Positions 24,530 through 37,881 of a DNA stretch of 64,000 nucleotides are shown here, in pieces; position 1 is the first letter of the stretch; every line of letters starts with the position of its first letter. The position numbers were made by a program, and so were the translations under genes. The stretch is from Dudresnaya verticillata. Its lineage: Eukaryota. The notes beneath the pieces are model-generated. The model was not told the origin of the DNA. It saw only the letters and a program-made list of their open reading frames with translations, and ran no database searches. The stretch covers positions 1,922,001-1,986,000 of the forward strand of contig OZ374563.1 of assembly GCA_977862235.1 (NCBI GenBank), written 5' to 3'.

Positions 24530-25906
24530 GTGATGAGCGGGAGCCAACAAATGGGATTTGGTGCCGCTGTTTCGAGCGTAGGTGTACTCGGCGTGGAGAT
24601 GGATGAGGCAGGCGTGCCATTGAGTATGAGAAATAGCCGCGATTGGCGCGTGCGCACATATCTTGCCCACATCAAGAATAACGCGAGCGCCGACCGCAGC
24701 GAGATCCGAAGCCGCGGCGCGCGCCGTGCGCAACGCCGCACTTGGCATGCCCACGTTCATCACCGTCTTTGTTTCTTGACTGGGCTCAATCGCGAGCTGC
24801 CGACCTTGGAGGCCCCCTTGAAGTGGGATCTGGCGCACCCCCGCTTTCTTCATGAGGTACCGTACACCTCCGCCTTGTCACGGTTTATCAACTTCCGCAT
24901 GGATGAGCTCAACGCCGTGCACAACGCGGGCACTTACGATCTGGCTATCGTCTGCCACTCCAGGCCACTGATTCGTCCAGGAATGGACAACTACCCGTAT
25001 ACGATGGCACGGATTGTCCGTTGCGAAGAGTCGTTGAACTTCAAGTATGCCTGAGACAATCCGCAAACGGCCATGCCGTCAGATTTGGTACGATTCGAGC
25101 GTCGTCATCGTCATCGTACTGGCTGTTTCATCCCGGCTCACTGCCAGGAGGTGACGTCCATTCGTCCAGAGTTCTACCGGATTAAGTATGCTCAAGTCCC
25201 AGATTACCAAGCTGGCTTGGAAGTTTCATATTCGATGCCCGTTGGCACTCCAGCCATTCTGGCTTATCTCGGTTTAGAGATGATGAGTGTCTCTTACGAC
25301 GAGTCTCAGATATGGACGATCTTCCAACACGAGGGGATCGTAATGGTGACCCAAGTCTTCATGTACGAGGCCCGTCGGGGCTTCTTCTACTTCATCAGTA
25401 AGCCATTGCGGGCTCATATCCGCTTCATCGGCTCGACTGTCTTTACCGCCAACGCGGAAGACGCCGAGGATCTGGATTCCATCTTATCATTCGTGGAGCG
25501 GACCCCCTGGAGTCGTTTTACCAAGCGGAACCGCTTCTTGCCCGAAAACACGGGGCACATCACACCCGTCCATGACCGGGGTGGTTGGGTGGAGTTAGAT
25601 CCGGAGAAGTGAACTCCCTTTTTGCCAGACTTCATGATGGCGAAGATGGCGAGACCATCTCGTGGCACGAGGGTGAGCGCCGTTCCGGCTACACCCGCGG
25701 TTGGGTCAGCGTCAAATGGCGCGAAGAGGGTCCATCGAAACCGGATGAGGTGCCCTTTTTTGAGGATACGGTCGAGGGCCAGCCGCAAGGCCCATACGCG
25801 CCACCAGTGGCTCACCACTATCTCGCAGATGCGGAAATCCGCGACGTGTTTAACCGCCGAGGTTTGGTCATCTGACTGCCAGTTCACTGTAACATACACA
25901 ACGTGA
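24530..25906 (+). pseudogene. Unknown protein, antisense to and downstream of element 3 pol
   Basis: ORFs 24530..25054, 25073..25612 and 25622..25906 share one frame, split by single TGA codons. Protein-like composition; no recognised domain. Confidence 0.55.
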
Positions 25907-28085
25907 ATCTCTTCACGTTGGTGGATTGGGTAGAAGACGTTCTAGCCGAGTACTAGGCTTATTGGAAAGAGACCCCGGGTCCCATCGAGCAAGCTCGTTG
26001 AGGTGCTCATATGCGGTCGCTTCCGCCGTTGGATAGGGCCAAGGCTGAGGCCAAGACTTCGAGGTCGGTGGATGAGGTTGGCAAAAAGAGCCTTAAGTGA
26101 CTGGATCATCCGCAGCGTCCAGCTTCTGTAGCCCAAGGGGAGACCGGCGTCAATCTGGGCCTCGGTGCCCGTGAAGCTCTGAGGCTGATACCAGCAAGAT
26201 CCCCCGCAAGGAGAATGTCGAAGCGCCGACTCCACCTGCTGGTCAGCCCGCGTTAGCTCCAGTGCGGTCTGTTCAGCCGCTTTCTTCGGCTTCCGACGAT
26301 GTGGCTCAAGCCACTGATGGTCAAGGCTAGAGTGTCCCGCCGTCTGACAAGTCTCCGGCAACCCAGCCCATCGGGGCTCAAGGGGGAAATACGGAGGTCC
26401 CAGCTACGGCCTACGGGCCTTCGACGTCAGGCCCGATGACTTCTGAAGTCATCGTGAAGACGGAGCTCCTCCTCAAAGAGGAGGACGAAATCGAGCCCAT
26501 GGAGGGCGAGGGGGAGCGAGACGGCTCGCCTATGAACATCGAGGGTCAAGGTTTAGGCCGCGATGGCGCAGCCAGTGAAGGCTTTGGAGGACACAGAGGT
26601 CGCGGCCCTCGTCGTGGGCATGGAGCGCGCATTGTGCGTGAATTGCGTCGAGTCACGACGACACGGGAACCTCCTGGCCCTAATCCTCCGCTCCAGGAGA
26701 ACGAGGTAATTGACCTCCTGTCAGACTAGCGTGATTGTAGCACACTGACCCCAGGCTGAATGCCTTAGACTTGCGAGCGGCTGGCCCGCTAAGTAAATTC
26801 GTCTTGTATGCTTGAATATCTTGCCTTCGGAAGGCGTACGCGGCGGCGTTGTGCGATCTGGCGACTCCGCCCTATCCCGTCGGGGACTTAGCGGAATTTC
26901 ATCGCACTGTGCAGTGCCAGCGTAGTGGCAGGAGGGAACCTCATCCCACGCAACGGTGTCATCACCACGCGCCGTGGGAGAGCCCCTCATTGCGTTATCA
27001 ATCTGCCTCCCTGGTGCCACTCGTGGAGTGAGTGGGTGCCAGCAATGCGGCATAATACCAGAGAGGTGGCGACGCTGGTTCACAGTAGCGTCGGGAACAC
27101 TGTACTTGCTGCGTCTTGCACCTAATTAGCGCATCTCATTGTGTATCTCATTTCGCCTCCCAGGCTGTGAGGGCCTATCAGCGACTGAGAGTTCTCTCTA
27201 TAGTAGCGCGATGACGCACTGTAGAGGTTTTTGGCGCCAATGCAGTCTACATTGCTGCCCAGCCATCCCATTGGCGTCCACGCTGAGACGAATGCATCTC
27301 ACGCGCCCCTTTCTGCTTCCCTCCTGTCGAAGGTTGGACTAAGACGAGAGGCTCTACCAACTGACGGGGTCTCCGACTCCTGGCGAGACACCTTGAGGGT
27401 GACGGTTTTCCTTCATAGCCCGTCGGCTGGCGGAATATGCTCACGCGAAGCGTGTTTTCAGCCGTAATCAAGGCTCATCGATGGTTAGGTGATGGTCTCG
27501 CTGCCGAGCCTTAAGCGGCGTGCTATTAGCCTCCGTTGGCCTAAACCAGCATCACCATCAGGGGGTCTTCCCCCTGTCAAAGCGCCGGTAGCACTGGCGG
27601 GTGCTGCTAGGTTGGGCTGTGACAGCCGTGATTCTTGGCACAGAATCTCGGTTCTACCTCTTATTAGTACGACCCGTTTCCAGGGTTTTCCTCTATCCAC
27701 ATATATATCTTCAACTTATGTACATCTCCTCCGTCCAGAATTCTGATTCTTGGTCCATCTATTCCTCTCCACATCTATCCAGAATCTTAATTGTTCATAT
27801 TATATCTATCCATTTCAGGAGTTTTGACTCTTCCGGATTCATCTATCCATGTCAATATCATAAATTTCAACAGCTGAAAAAGGGGGAATGGCCATTCCCA
27901 TTCCATATTAGTAGTATAGGCTAATCACCCTTTCTTTATTACTACCGTCGAGCGTAGTGGCCACCCTGCGCAGTAGGTGAGCCCAGATAGGCGCTTATTC
28001 GAAACAGGTGCCCAGGTCCGCAGGGTTAGACTAGCCTCTTCTCGGCGAATTTGCTCTCCTTGAGCGATGCCCTAGCGTAAGACGT

Positions 28086-30010
28086 TTATTGCAGGACAGA
28101 GATCCATTTGGCTCGATGGTATCTTACCACTAGATTGTGAGGAAGATGTTCCTTGGGCTCCCAAGTTTCTTCTGACGCTGGAAGGTGAAACCGCCGAATG
28201 CGGTAGAGACGTTGATCGGCATCATATGACACGATGCGCTCGTAAGCTCGATCGCGAAGGCGGCTCTTTCTTGAAACGAGAAAACGTCCGCGGGGCAGAG
28301 GGGTCGTTCTACGTTGTCGCCGAGGCGCTTGGCGCGGCGGTTTCAGGATCGCGATCCGAATCGGGGGGCCGCAGCCACTGTCTCTTGGGGACACGGTATG
28401 GCCGTTCCATAAGTAGGCGGCACCGCGAGAGTCGGATTATCCGTAATATCGGTAACTCCCTGTCTCTCGGGATTGTGAGGACCTGTATCATCATTTGCGT
28501 TCTCAACTCGCTTGTTCGGCGCCGTCGAGCCCTGAACTAAGTTAGGAATCCCATTCGAGGGGCCGCTAGAATCCAGACCACTGGCGATTGGGGTAGAAGT
28601 GCTTACTTGTGGTGTGACGTCCACTACTGAAGGGTTTATGACCCTGCGCGCCAGGTTCTTCATGCGGATAGGGGCCAAGATAATCCGATCCAGAGATATC
28701 GTCTCTCTATCCCCTTTGATGTCTAGAACGACAACGTGCGTTCCGCGTTCTAGAACCTTATACGACCCGAGAGCTTTAGGAAACAACTTCCCTGCGCGGG
28801 CCACATCTGAAGCGTCCTTCACCTTTGTTTCCCTCTCTAGGAAAACCCAAGACACAGGTCTCACTTTCTGGTTAGCGGGTCAATCCGATTATTGAAATTC
28901 GTTTCATAGCGCCGTTGAGCCAACTTCATCTGCGATAAGGCCGTATCCATCAGCTTCTCTAAGCGTAGAGTCAGCCGCTTCTTAACATTAGTCGCCGGCA
29001 CGTGGTTGACGTCCACTGTCTCTGCTTGTTCCGTTAAGATGGATGTCGGGGGTTAGATAACACAAGATTGAAGGGCGCCAGGCCCGTAGCACGATGTACA
29101 GTCGTGTTATACGCGTACTTTAACGCAGAGGTAAACTCGTCCCGGTCTTTCTGATCTTCGGCAATGAAGTGTTGTAAACCTGCTAAGAGGGTACGATTGA
29201 ATCGTTCTGTCTGACCGTTCGTCTGCGGATGACAGGTGGACGTAAACAGATTCCTAATTCGAAGGATGTCGCATACCGCGAGGAAGAACTTGAACGCAAA
29301 TTGCGAGCCATTGCCCGTAACGACGTAACGGGTTGGACCGTATATGAAAACCCGATGCTCACAAAAGGCCTTAGCCACGGTATAGGCCGTAACTGTTTTC
29401 AATGGCACAGCTCAAGTGAGCTTCGAAAAGCGATCAGTCATGACCAAGAGGAACTCATTTCCCTTCCCTGAGCGGGGTAAGGGGCCAAGTATATCGATCC
29501 CTATGAATTCCAAGGGCAACGTTGCCGGGAATAACTTCATATGGGAAGTATGTTTTAGAAGCTGGACACGTTCTTGTGAACAATTCCTTACTGTCGCGTA
29601 AACGTCGAGAGACATCTCAGGCCAATATACCTGTCGTCGAAGGTTTTGATACATTCTGGTACCCCCAGGGTGGCCTGCCAACTCCGGGTAGTGCGCTAGG
29701 TGTAGAACCGTTTCTTTCAGCGATCTAGGTACGCGTACTTGTAGCGCGTGGTCCACGTACGACTTGCGCACAAGGCGTCCTCTATTATCCTCGAGATAGC
29801 AACCGCGCTTCCCCGTCTCGAGGTTACGCCGAACCCAGACGCAGAAGTAGTCTGATTTTTGCTCTCGGAGCAGCTCCTCCACTGTTATGAGGGAGAGACC
29901 CTTCTAGCTCGATTCATTGTCAACCACCTGATCTATTAGTTGTTCTTCACCCGAAAGGTCGTCATCCTCCGGTTCGACTTCCCAAACTTCTAAGGGTTTG
30001 GGTTGTGCAC
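28086..30010 (-). mobile_element. Ty3/Gypsy element 3 remnant: integrase plus chromodomain, 5' part missing
   Basis: PLEVWEVEPED linker; HLAHYPELAGHPGG; IDILGPLP; NGQTERFNRTL; chromodomain YERIVSYD...ETWEP. No RT or RNase H recognised upstream of ~30010. Confidence 0.88.
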
Positions 30011-31479
30011 CCGTTGGTGGGTTCCGCGTTGGCGAACGTTCGTCGCGGGCGTCCAGCGACTTGGCCGAGGCACCCCACGCCGATGGCAGAGGCCAAGGAG
30101 CAGGGGTGCTCTGCGAACTGCTCATAGCAAGAACGCTGGGCACTACGCCTTTCACCACTGCCGGTTCGACGCCCGGCAGTGGCGACGTCCCGCTACACGG
30201 AAGACAACCCAATTCGACGCGGGTTGTCTGACCAACACCGACGCGAACAGCGAACGCAAGGGCGATCGGCAGCGGTGCCCGGCTTCAACGCCTGCGCAAG
30301 CCCCAACGCCATGCGGCAGAAACCGAGGCGAAACCGAGGGCATGCGCACGCCAAGTCGGCTCGGACAGGGCGCCCTCGCCACATGCACACGGGAAACGAG
30401 CATCGAAGCTCGACCCGACACGGCTAGAGAAGCCGTTAAGCCATTCAAGCCTGAGCGACACTGACGTCGACGTCAAGTGGCAGCTGCACGCAGATGGCGA
30501 AGGGTAGGCGTCGACGCCGCCTTCACCACCGCCGCGCCGCAGTCGAGCGCAATCGGCGGGCAACAACCACCGCCCTGTCGTCTAGCCGGGTGGGGGGCAA
30601 AAGCGCACAGCCCCCATGTCGATGCGGGGGCGCCACAGCAAAGGAGACTGGCGTCCTCCGGGTTGCACCACAGCGCTTCGACGCGTGCGCGGCACAACCT
30701 CCTCGACGGTGGGAAGGCAGAGGCTCCGCGGCAGACACCCGCCCTTCGCCAAATACAGGCCCGTGGTGGCGCGCTCACTGAAATTTGGGACGCGTGCGCC
30801 CCAAAAGCACAGAGGCGCGCGTTTTTGTTCAGGCGACAGTGTCTACTGTAGCCAAAACACAAATAATTAGGATCACCAAATGGAGTTAGACACTCCTGGC
30901 CCTCCACCCAATTATCTACGGGCATCGACGCCCCTGATACGGGGTTGGCTGTGCAAAACCGCCGCTATACGCGCTCACAGGGCCTAAATCCTGAGCCCGG
31001 TAGCGTCTCGGCACCAAGGCGATGCAAGCAGTCACGTTTAGCCGTTTAGCCCTTCCGCAGACGCCGCCACGCGCTAAGCTACGTCATGGGGGGCCGCATC
31101 GACGCGATCACCCCCGCGCTCGAAGCGCCGCGATGCCCACTGCTGGAGGCAGCTGCGCCAGCGCTCCGCGTCGGCGGGGCGCTGTACGGGCAGGTAAGCC
31201 CCCTGTCACGGAATCGACGCCAGTGGTAAGGGCCACCCACTTTTTTGTGCGTCGAGTACAACGGCACCCATAGTGGGGGTAGGGCGCCAATGCCCCACCG
31301 CCCGATAAGCGAGCCTAGCTCTCGCGCAGCCGCCCGGCCGGACACTCAGCTGTTCGAAACGCGTCGACGTGGTTCTGATGCTGCCTTGCGTCCTAAAAAC
31401 AAAATCTGGGTACGCGTCACTGCGTGTGCGTCGACGAGCACCAGATTATAGGGCTCGCAAGCCTAGCGCGATGCCCTAA

Positions 31480-31680
31480 CACTGTATTGCGCTTGCGTAG
31501 ACCGCCGCGCATACAGTTCCGTGCTCGCAGAGAGCGCCACGGTTTACAGGGAACGTGCGCGTCTAGCGCCGTGCCCGCCCACTGTATGGCGCGTGTGTAG
31601 ACCGCGGCGCATACACTTCCGCACGCGGAGAGAGCGCCGCATGTTCTACCGCACGCGCAAATCTACTTGCCGTGCGTGTG
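31480..31680. repeat. Diverged tandem duplication, period 100 bp
   Basis: CACTGTAT.GCGC...GTAGACCGC.GCGCATACA.TTCCG...GAGAGCGCC at 31480 and 31580. Confidence 0.75.
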
Positions 31681-32514
31681 CTGTGGAGCTGCGTGCGCAT
31701 CTAGCGTCGCGTCTGCCCTACAGCTTGCTCCTCGCGCGCACGCGTGTCAAAGCGCAGTGCGCGGCATCGATATCGGGTGGCTGGGTCGTCGAAGGCCCAG
31801 AATCGACTTAATCGACGCTATGAATGCGGGGGAGCTCCAGCAGGGCGAGGGGCGTCAGAGTCCGCCCCACACGGGTCGGTGTCGACGCCACCCGGACCAC
31901 CACCACCACACTAGCGGTGTCCTTCTTGGTGTCCGCTTTGGTGGGCGCAGCTGGTGCCGAAGTGGGCAGAGCGCCCCCATCAACGACTACGTTGGGCCTC
32001 TGCATGACATTCGACTGCGGCAAGGGCTGGTGCTCAGCACTGCCTATCGCGACCGTCGAAGGTCGCGACTTTTTCTGAGACGACCGTCGAAGGTCGTATT
32101 TCTCAGCGCGGGTCCCTCACGGGCATCGATGCCCGTCCCGGGCAGGCGGCCGGGAAGCCCCACTGCCGCTTTGGCCACCTCGGAGCGTGCGCTGTAACGG
32201 TCGCGACCAAGGCGTTCGTGCTTGAGACGGGGTTGGGTGGCATAGCTGTGAGACCAGCTGCGCCACGTGTGCACCGCTGTGCGCACGCTGTCAGCCGGTG
32301 GCATCGAAGCCCCGCTGAACTGAAAGGAAGTGCGCTGTGGCGCCCGTGCGTACGCGTGTAAGCGTGTGACACTGACAGTCCCGTGTAAATTGTACGTTTA
32401 TTTTTGTGTAGTGTACAGTATTTATAGTGTAAGCGGCGGTCTAACGCCCTGCTGTCCTGTGCTCCGTGCGCACGCAATCTGGCGTAGAACCTTTGCGTGC
32501 TTGACACGCGCGCG

Positions 32515-32915
32515 CGTACTCCGGCGTCGAGCAGTTGAGTACGTGTAGACCGTTTCGCCCACGCGCGCCCCCGGGTTACCGCTACCCGTACGCGTCGACG
32601 CGTATCGGGGCACGCCCGCGCACCTCCCGCGTTGGTGCCGCCGCAGGCCTTCTAGTCTATTTATTAGTTGCCCCTATGGGCTTGAGTAAACAAAGGCAAG
32701 CCAGCTTACTCCAGGCTTGCCCCTTTCTGCTTTGGGTTTCTTTCCCAGTCTTTTGCCCTACGACTTCCCTCTTTCCCTAGCCGCCTAGGCGTTCCTTTTC
32801 CTTTTCCCACCGTAGGCTTCGAACCGCCCCACGACGGGGATGCAGGGATCCGGCCGCTGCCGCCCGCGTACGGTCCGCCCCGTGCGCGCTCAGGCTTCGA
32901 CGCCGTTGATCCGCG
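32515..32915 (+). mobile_element. LTR-like fragment, family C, copy 2
   Basis: Inverted homolog of 3881-4330 (shared CGCACGGGGCG.ACCGTACGCGGG...CAGCGGCCGGATCCC and CACCTCCCGCGTTGGTG). Start not resolved. Confidence 0.6.
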
Positions 32916-33977
32916 ACCGTCAACGGCGCGCGCGGCCGACATCACCGCTCTACCACCTACCGCTACTATCCTTCGACGGGTCTGGGTGCGAGGACGAGAC
33001 CAGCCGCGCTAGACGTCAGTTCGACCTGACGTCTATGCCACACAGGGAAGGCAATTTACCGATAGGGGGTGGCCCCACCCGGTGCATGCAAGAAACGAAG
33101 GTTATGAGGCCTGTGTGGCGTCACCCGACGTAGGCTCTGTTCGGAATCGGAGCCATGAATTTCAATCGGACGAGGAACCGGCTTGAACGTCTGCCTGTTT
33201 GGGTACCGCCATTTCTCACGTAGTACATCTTTCATCATCACTTCATATCGGCTCTTGACGGCAATTCCAGAAGATGTTCTCAGCTGCTCCAGGACATGGC
33301 GAGTACTGCCGCATAACACACGAAGGCAGCCCTTACGCAAAGCGAGTGTTGATGAATTGTTATCCCAGATCATAAATATTGACACATGAATTGGAATAAG
33401 GGGTTTAGCGGAACGGAAACCTATTGATAAAACGAGCGACTATATCGAGAGTATAGAGAACGACCGATATATCGTATGTTGAAACGGTCTCCGAGAACGG
33501 CTACAACAGGGAGAATTCCAACAGTTACCAGGATTACCGTAACACAAGATGGGATGGGATCTGCGCTCACCAACAGGTTTCACTCAAGCCGCGAACAGTT
33601 CTCAAGGGTATATAAGCGCCAACCAGTCCAGCTTCTCACAAAGTCTTTCCCCAAGTCGTCGCTTGTTTTCCCGCCTTCCCGCCCTTGCCTACGGCACGCA
33701 TCGAACAATTCATCATTGTTCCTCTCTTTTTTTTCTCCCGTTACACACAGAAGATGTTTTCCTCAAGTTTCAAGTCGAAAACGTTGTTTTCAGATGATAA
33801 CTGCGTGACACATACACAGCCGCGACGTGAACGCAAACAATATGGCTGGATCAAAGGAAAAGGATAGCAAGAAGCTGTAGAATGACTTCTCTCTCCGGAT
33901 TCCTCCGACCTTTGATAAGGTCTTCTTAGTACTTGCCTACTTAGGCACGCACATAATGATGCGACTGTCTAAGCTTT

Positions 33978-34800
33978 TCAACGTGAAGTAAAACAATAGT
34001 AGTTTCTTTCAACATTGGATTCATAGTGAGGAATATTTGGCAAGTTAGGAATCTCCTCGAACGCCCCTCGATTTCCTTCAGGGCAGAAAGCTAGTATCGC
34101 AGCTAGAATGTAATACCCGCAGCTGTATCCGTCCCGCTGGCCCGAACCGCATTTTACGCCTATGGACCATCCAGTTCTTATTAGAACAAACACAATCCAC
34201 CCACGTAAATGCCTTCTTGGCGCATAGCGGAACAATTTCAAGCACATCATACTCCTTACCAGTGACGGTTACAGCGCCATAACTATTCCCCAGTTCAACA
34301 CCCCCTTCCTCATAGAAGAGTTGTTCGATTCATTCGGTAATTCATCGAAATCAACTTCTACAAATATGACACCCCAATGGTATTATATTACCACGAGGAA
34401 GAACTCGCAGCTCCCTTTCTCAGGACTGCACAAAACTGAAGCGCTTACATAAATGATGTAGGGATATTTAAGAACATAGGTAGTACTATCTTTCGCTCTT
34501 CGCTTGGCCTCGCAAGCAAGCTCAGCACCAAACCGCGCAGATGCCACAGAAGTAGGTGGATTAAGTCTCAGGTCACATACGGTACTCTCCAGCATAAACG
34601 ATGTCATCCACGATGTACATTACACGTGGTTTACCCACAATGAATTGTTTTCCATGCTTGAACTCTGCATTCGGGTAGTAGTAGCGTATAAATCACCGAA
34701 AAGACGCCCATCAGTCTCGTTGAGAATGCAACTGGCCTCTAGTAGACACTTCAGGAATTCCAGTTTCCGCTGTCGAGCAGTTTGCCATTCGTTGATATAG
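33978..34800 (-). pseudogene. Ulp1-like (C48) cysteine peptidase remnant 1
   Basis: My translation gives FFLVVI*YHWGVIFVEVD (~34400-34345). GQRDGYSCGYYILA lies in ORF 33978..34250. Contains stops and a frameshift. Confidence 0.65.
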
Positions 34801-35476
34801 GTTGTCGGAGGGGCCATTTCCTGCTAAGCAAGCGAGCCCAACAGCAGAAGGCAGCGACGCTGTCAGAGAGTCTCGTAGCGTTGTTCAGGATGCGCGTGTA
34901 GTTCATAGGGGGGCAGGTGGGAGCTTCGGGGGCGCCAGTCGGCAATGAGCCGTGGCGGCGAGGGTGGGTGGGTGGGACATGTGTGCGCGCGGTCAGTTTG
35001 TATTTGAATTGTGTCACGGATTTAACCCACCCTTGGCCAGCAACTGGCCAATGAGGGCGTGAGTATGCACCCCGAGGCCCAATTTATTCGTGCGTACGGA
35101 ACACGCTCATTGGCTCACCCGACACCCACCGCACCCTGGGTGTATTGGTTTGCGGTCGGGTAAAATGAAGAAAACTTTAGAATTCATTCCAACACCTACT
35201 CGGCTTCGCCTAAAGCTACACCTAGAATTCTTGGACTGCTACAGAACAAGATGGCCCCTGTAAACACCTTATTCACAACTCAGTAAGCGGCATCCTTTCT
35301 CTTCCGAGTTTAAGGAACGCTTCCAGTGGCAGTACAGCAACTACAAATGTTTCAGTGGATTTTGATTTTGAGCAACATTGTCCAGTATTTTTATGCCTAA
35401 ATGGGAGGAGCGTCAATTTGCAGTTCAAAGCCCTGCTCGTAAGTTGGCAGCAGTGTTTTTAGACTCTTTACTTTGG

Positions 35477-36649
35477 CTAAGACCTGGAAACACCAAGGAG
35501 CATCCCATCATACAGCCCAGAATTCTTGGTAGGGACAGTGAAAGGTGCTTGAATAGAAATGCACTGCTGGAGGACAGTATGATCTTGAATAAATTCATCG
35601 ATAGTCAGCGTCAATCCCTCTGGCGACCCAGAAGGGAAAGCGCTTCTCAGATCTACTGTGTTATTTTTTCCCGCTGCAAGAGGAACTATCATATCATTCA
35701 TTAGAATTCGGCCAATTATATCTTGCTCTGACTCCGAGAATCCATGACTTGTTTCCAATCGAAACTGTACCTTGAGATTACATTGTCCAGCAGAAGTGAT
35801 TAACATCATATGCACATCGGCGATAAATATCTTATATCTTTGGAGAGATTTTCCTCCCATAAAAGCTCCCTGTAGAGGAAAAACCTTCTGCCCTTTTTCA
35901 ATAACAGAACCACTAAGTTTTATCTTGGCTGTAATTTCTGACTTCATCGTCTTACACAAAGATCCTTCAGAATCGAAAAGGTAGTGCGTTATTCTTGCAA
36001 GCTTTTGTTCATTGGGATTTTGAGCAGATGGCTCACTAAGAACTTCGATGACCGAAGCAGCTGCCGAAATTTCCTTTCTTGGATACCAAACTTTGTTTTG
36101 CAAAGCATCATATAGGGTAGGTGTTAGAAATGCCTTCTGTTCTGCCCCGTTACGTGATGAATCACATTCCTCCCTGCGAAGATTAATCGCTTTGACATCA
36201 CACCCTCCCGGAAAGTGGTTCCGAGAGAGTGACGCATATCCATATGTTGTGTTTATGGGAAGTGGCGAGCAGCAATTGAGAACAGCCCTTACTTCTTCGG
36301 CCTCCTGTTGATATCTGCTTGAAAGAAAGTTTTGAGCTTCGCAAGAGACCCTGACGTATTCATAAGTATCCATGAGTATGTACCACAAGTCCACCCCAGA
36401 ATGTAGCTTCGAGAACTGGGCTAAAGGAAGAGCCCAACTCGGGGCCTTAAATTGACAATTGACCCAGTTAATAATCCCTATCTTCTCCAAATTTGTCAAT
36501 ATGGTCCATGGTTTCTCTGAGGATGCGTCATGATATCTGAGGCTTAGTTCGATAACCTTTTTCTCATTCTCATGAGTAGAGATCAAATTTCTGAGGGATT
36601 CCCCAAGTTCTATCTCAGATCCTTCTCGCCGAACTGATATTTTCGTCAT
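35477..36649 (-). CDS. Hypothetical protein, 390 aa
   Basis: Uninterrupted ATG-initiated ORF with globular composition and an AT-rich upstream region. No recognised domain. Confidence 0.55.
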   Translation of the reverse strand: MTKISVRREGSEIELGESLRNLISTHENEKKVIELSLRYHDASSEKPWTILTNLEKIGIINWVNCQFKAPSWALPLAQFSKLHSGVDLWYILMDTYEYVRVSCEAQNFLSSRYQQEAEEVRAVLNCCSPLPINTTYGYASLSRNHFPGGCDVKAINLRREECDSSRNGAEQKAFLTPTLYDALQNKVWYPRKEISAAASVIEVLSEPSAQNPNEQKLARITHYLFDSEGSLCKTMKSEITAKIKLSGSVIEKGQKVFPLQGAFMGGKSLQRYKIFIADVHMMLITSAGQCNLKVQFRLETSHGFSESEQDIIGRILMNDMIVPLAAGKNNTVDLRSAFPSGSPEGLTLTIDEFIQDHTVLQQCISIQAPFTVPTKNSGLYDGMLLGVSRS

Positions 36650-37881
36650 TGAACTGGATTTCTTCTCGAGAAGTCAACAGGCGCATGCTCTACACCAAAA
36701 CTTGGTATGAAAAGAATACCTATTTAATATTCGTCTGAACTGTCCTATGCGCTCAATCAAGAATTATTATTGAACTGTTTACTTGACCTCCGACTCAAAC
36801 ATCAATCCCCACGAAATTTACGACTGTCTCAGAAAACTGAAAACATTCTAACGTGAATCAGTGAATTAGAATTTCAATTGTTATCTGAAAAGAATTCTCG
36901 GCTGTAACGTTATCCTTTTCTCATATAGAATAGAATAATTCATTTTATTCTTTTCCAGAAGTGAAAAAAGAAATCCTTCGGGCCAATAAAAAGTAGTACC
37001 AAACTTTGATCAGAAGTTTTATTTTTCCTAATCTTACAATGTATTAAAAGTTATTTTCAGCACACGTTACTGTTCTTATGAGAGTGGAGATACATATGCC
37101 TATAAGCCCCGATGTTACTCCCAAGGAATGCGAGATGGCAAGCAGAACATCTCAATCACATATTTGGCACAGGAAAAGACACTACGATACCATCCTTAAA
37201 CAGTCTTCATCATGTTTCCGTTTAAGGTAGAACGATGTGAGTCTTTTTATATTAATCGTCATTATTTGGTTTTTCATAATTCTTTCTTGGTATTGATTAA
37301 GTACAGAATTGAACTTCATCATCAAAGTAGTTCAAATTATCTTCGTCATTTTCTTAGAAGAAACCGGAAAAACAGTACGGACTAAATATATTGAGGTAAT
37401 TTAAAATTTCAGTATAATCATTTGAAGAGCATGTCCCTTAAGACGTACGCAAAGAGCTACTGGAAACGAATAAATGAAGGCTGACGGACATCATCTGCAG
37501 ATACTATTTGTATGGGCCCATGGCTTCGTACAGATAGTCTATCATATTCATAAGGACCCGGGTTCATGCCTGAGCCTGAGGCGCATGCGTGTCATGATAT
37601 AGAGAAGGACTGAATAATTTATAGTGCGCCCATTTGCATCTGCGTCGTTCATGCACTGCATGCCATGTATAGAAGTAGACACTTCCCGGAAAGAACCGCG
37701 CGGTTATACATGAATTCATGCATAGCATGAGCATGAGCTATGAAAACGTCGAGCAAATTGCTTATTGAATAAGCACGAAGGACAATACAATTGCACATAT
37801 TAAGATACCAGCCGATAAGGTCTAGGCAATCAAAGCTTTGATTAACTATGCTAGAATCGTTCATCAAGGACATTGGGATAT

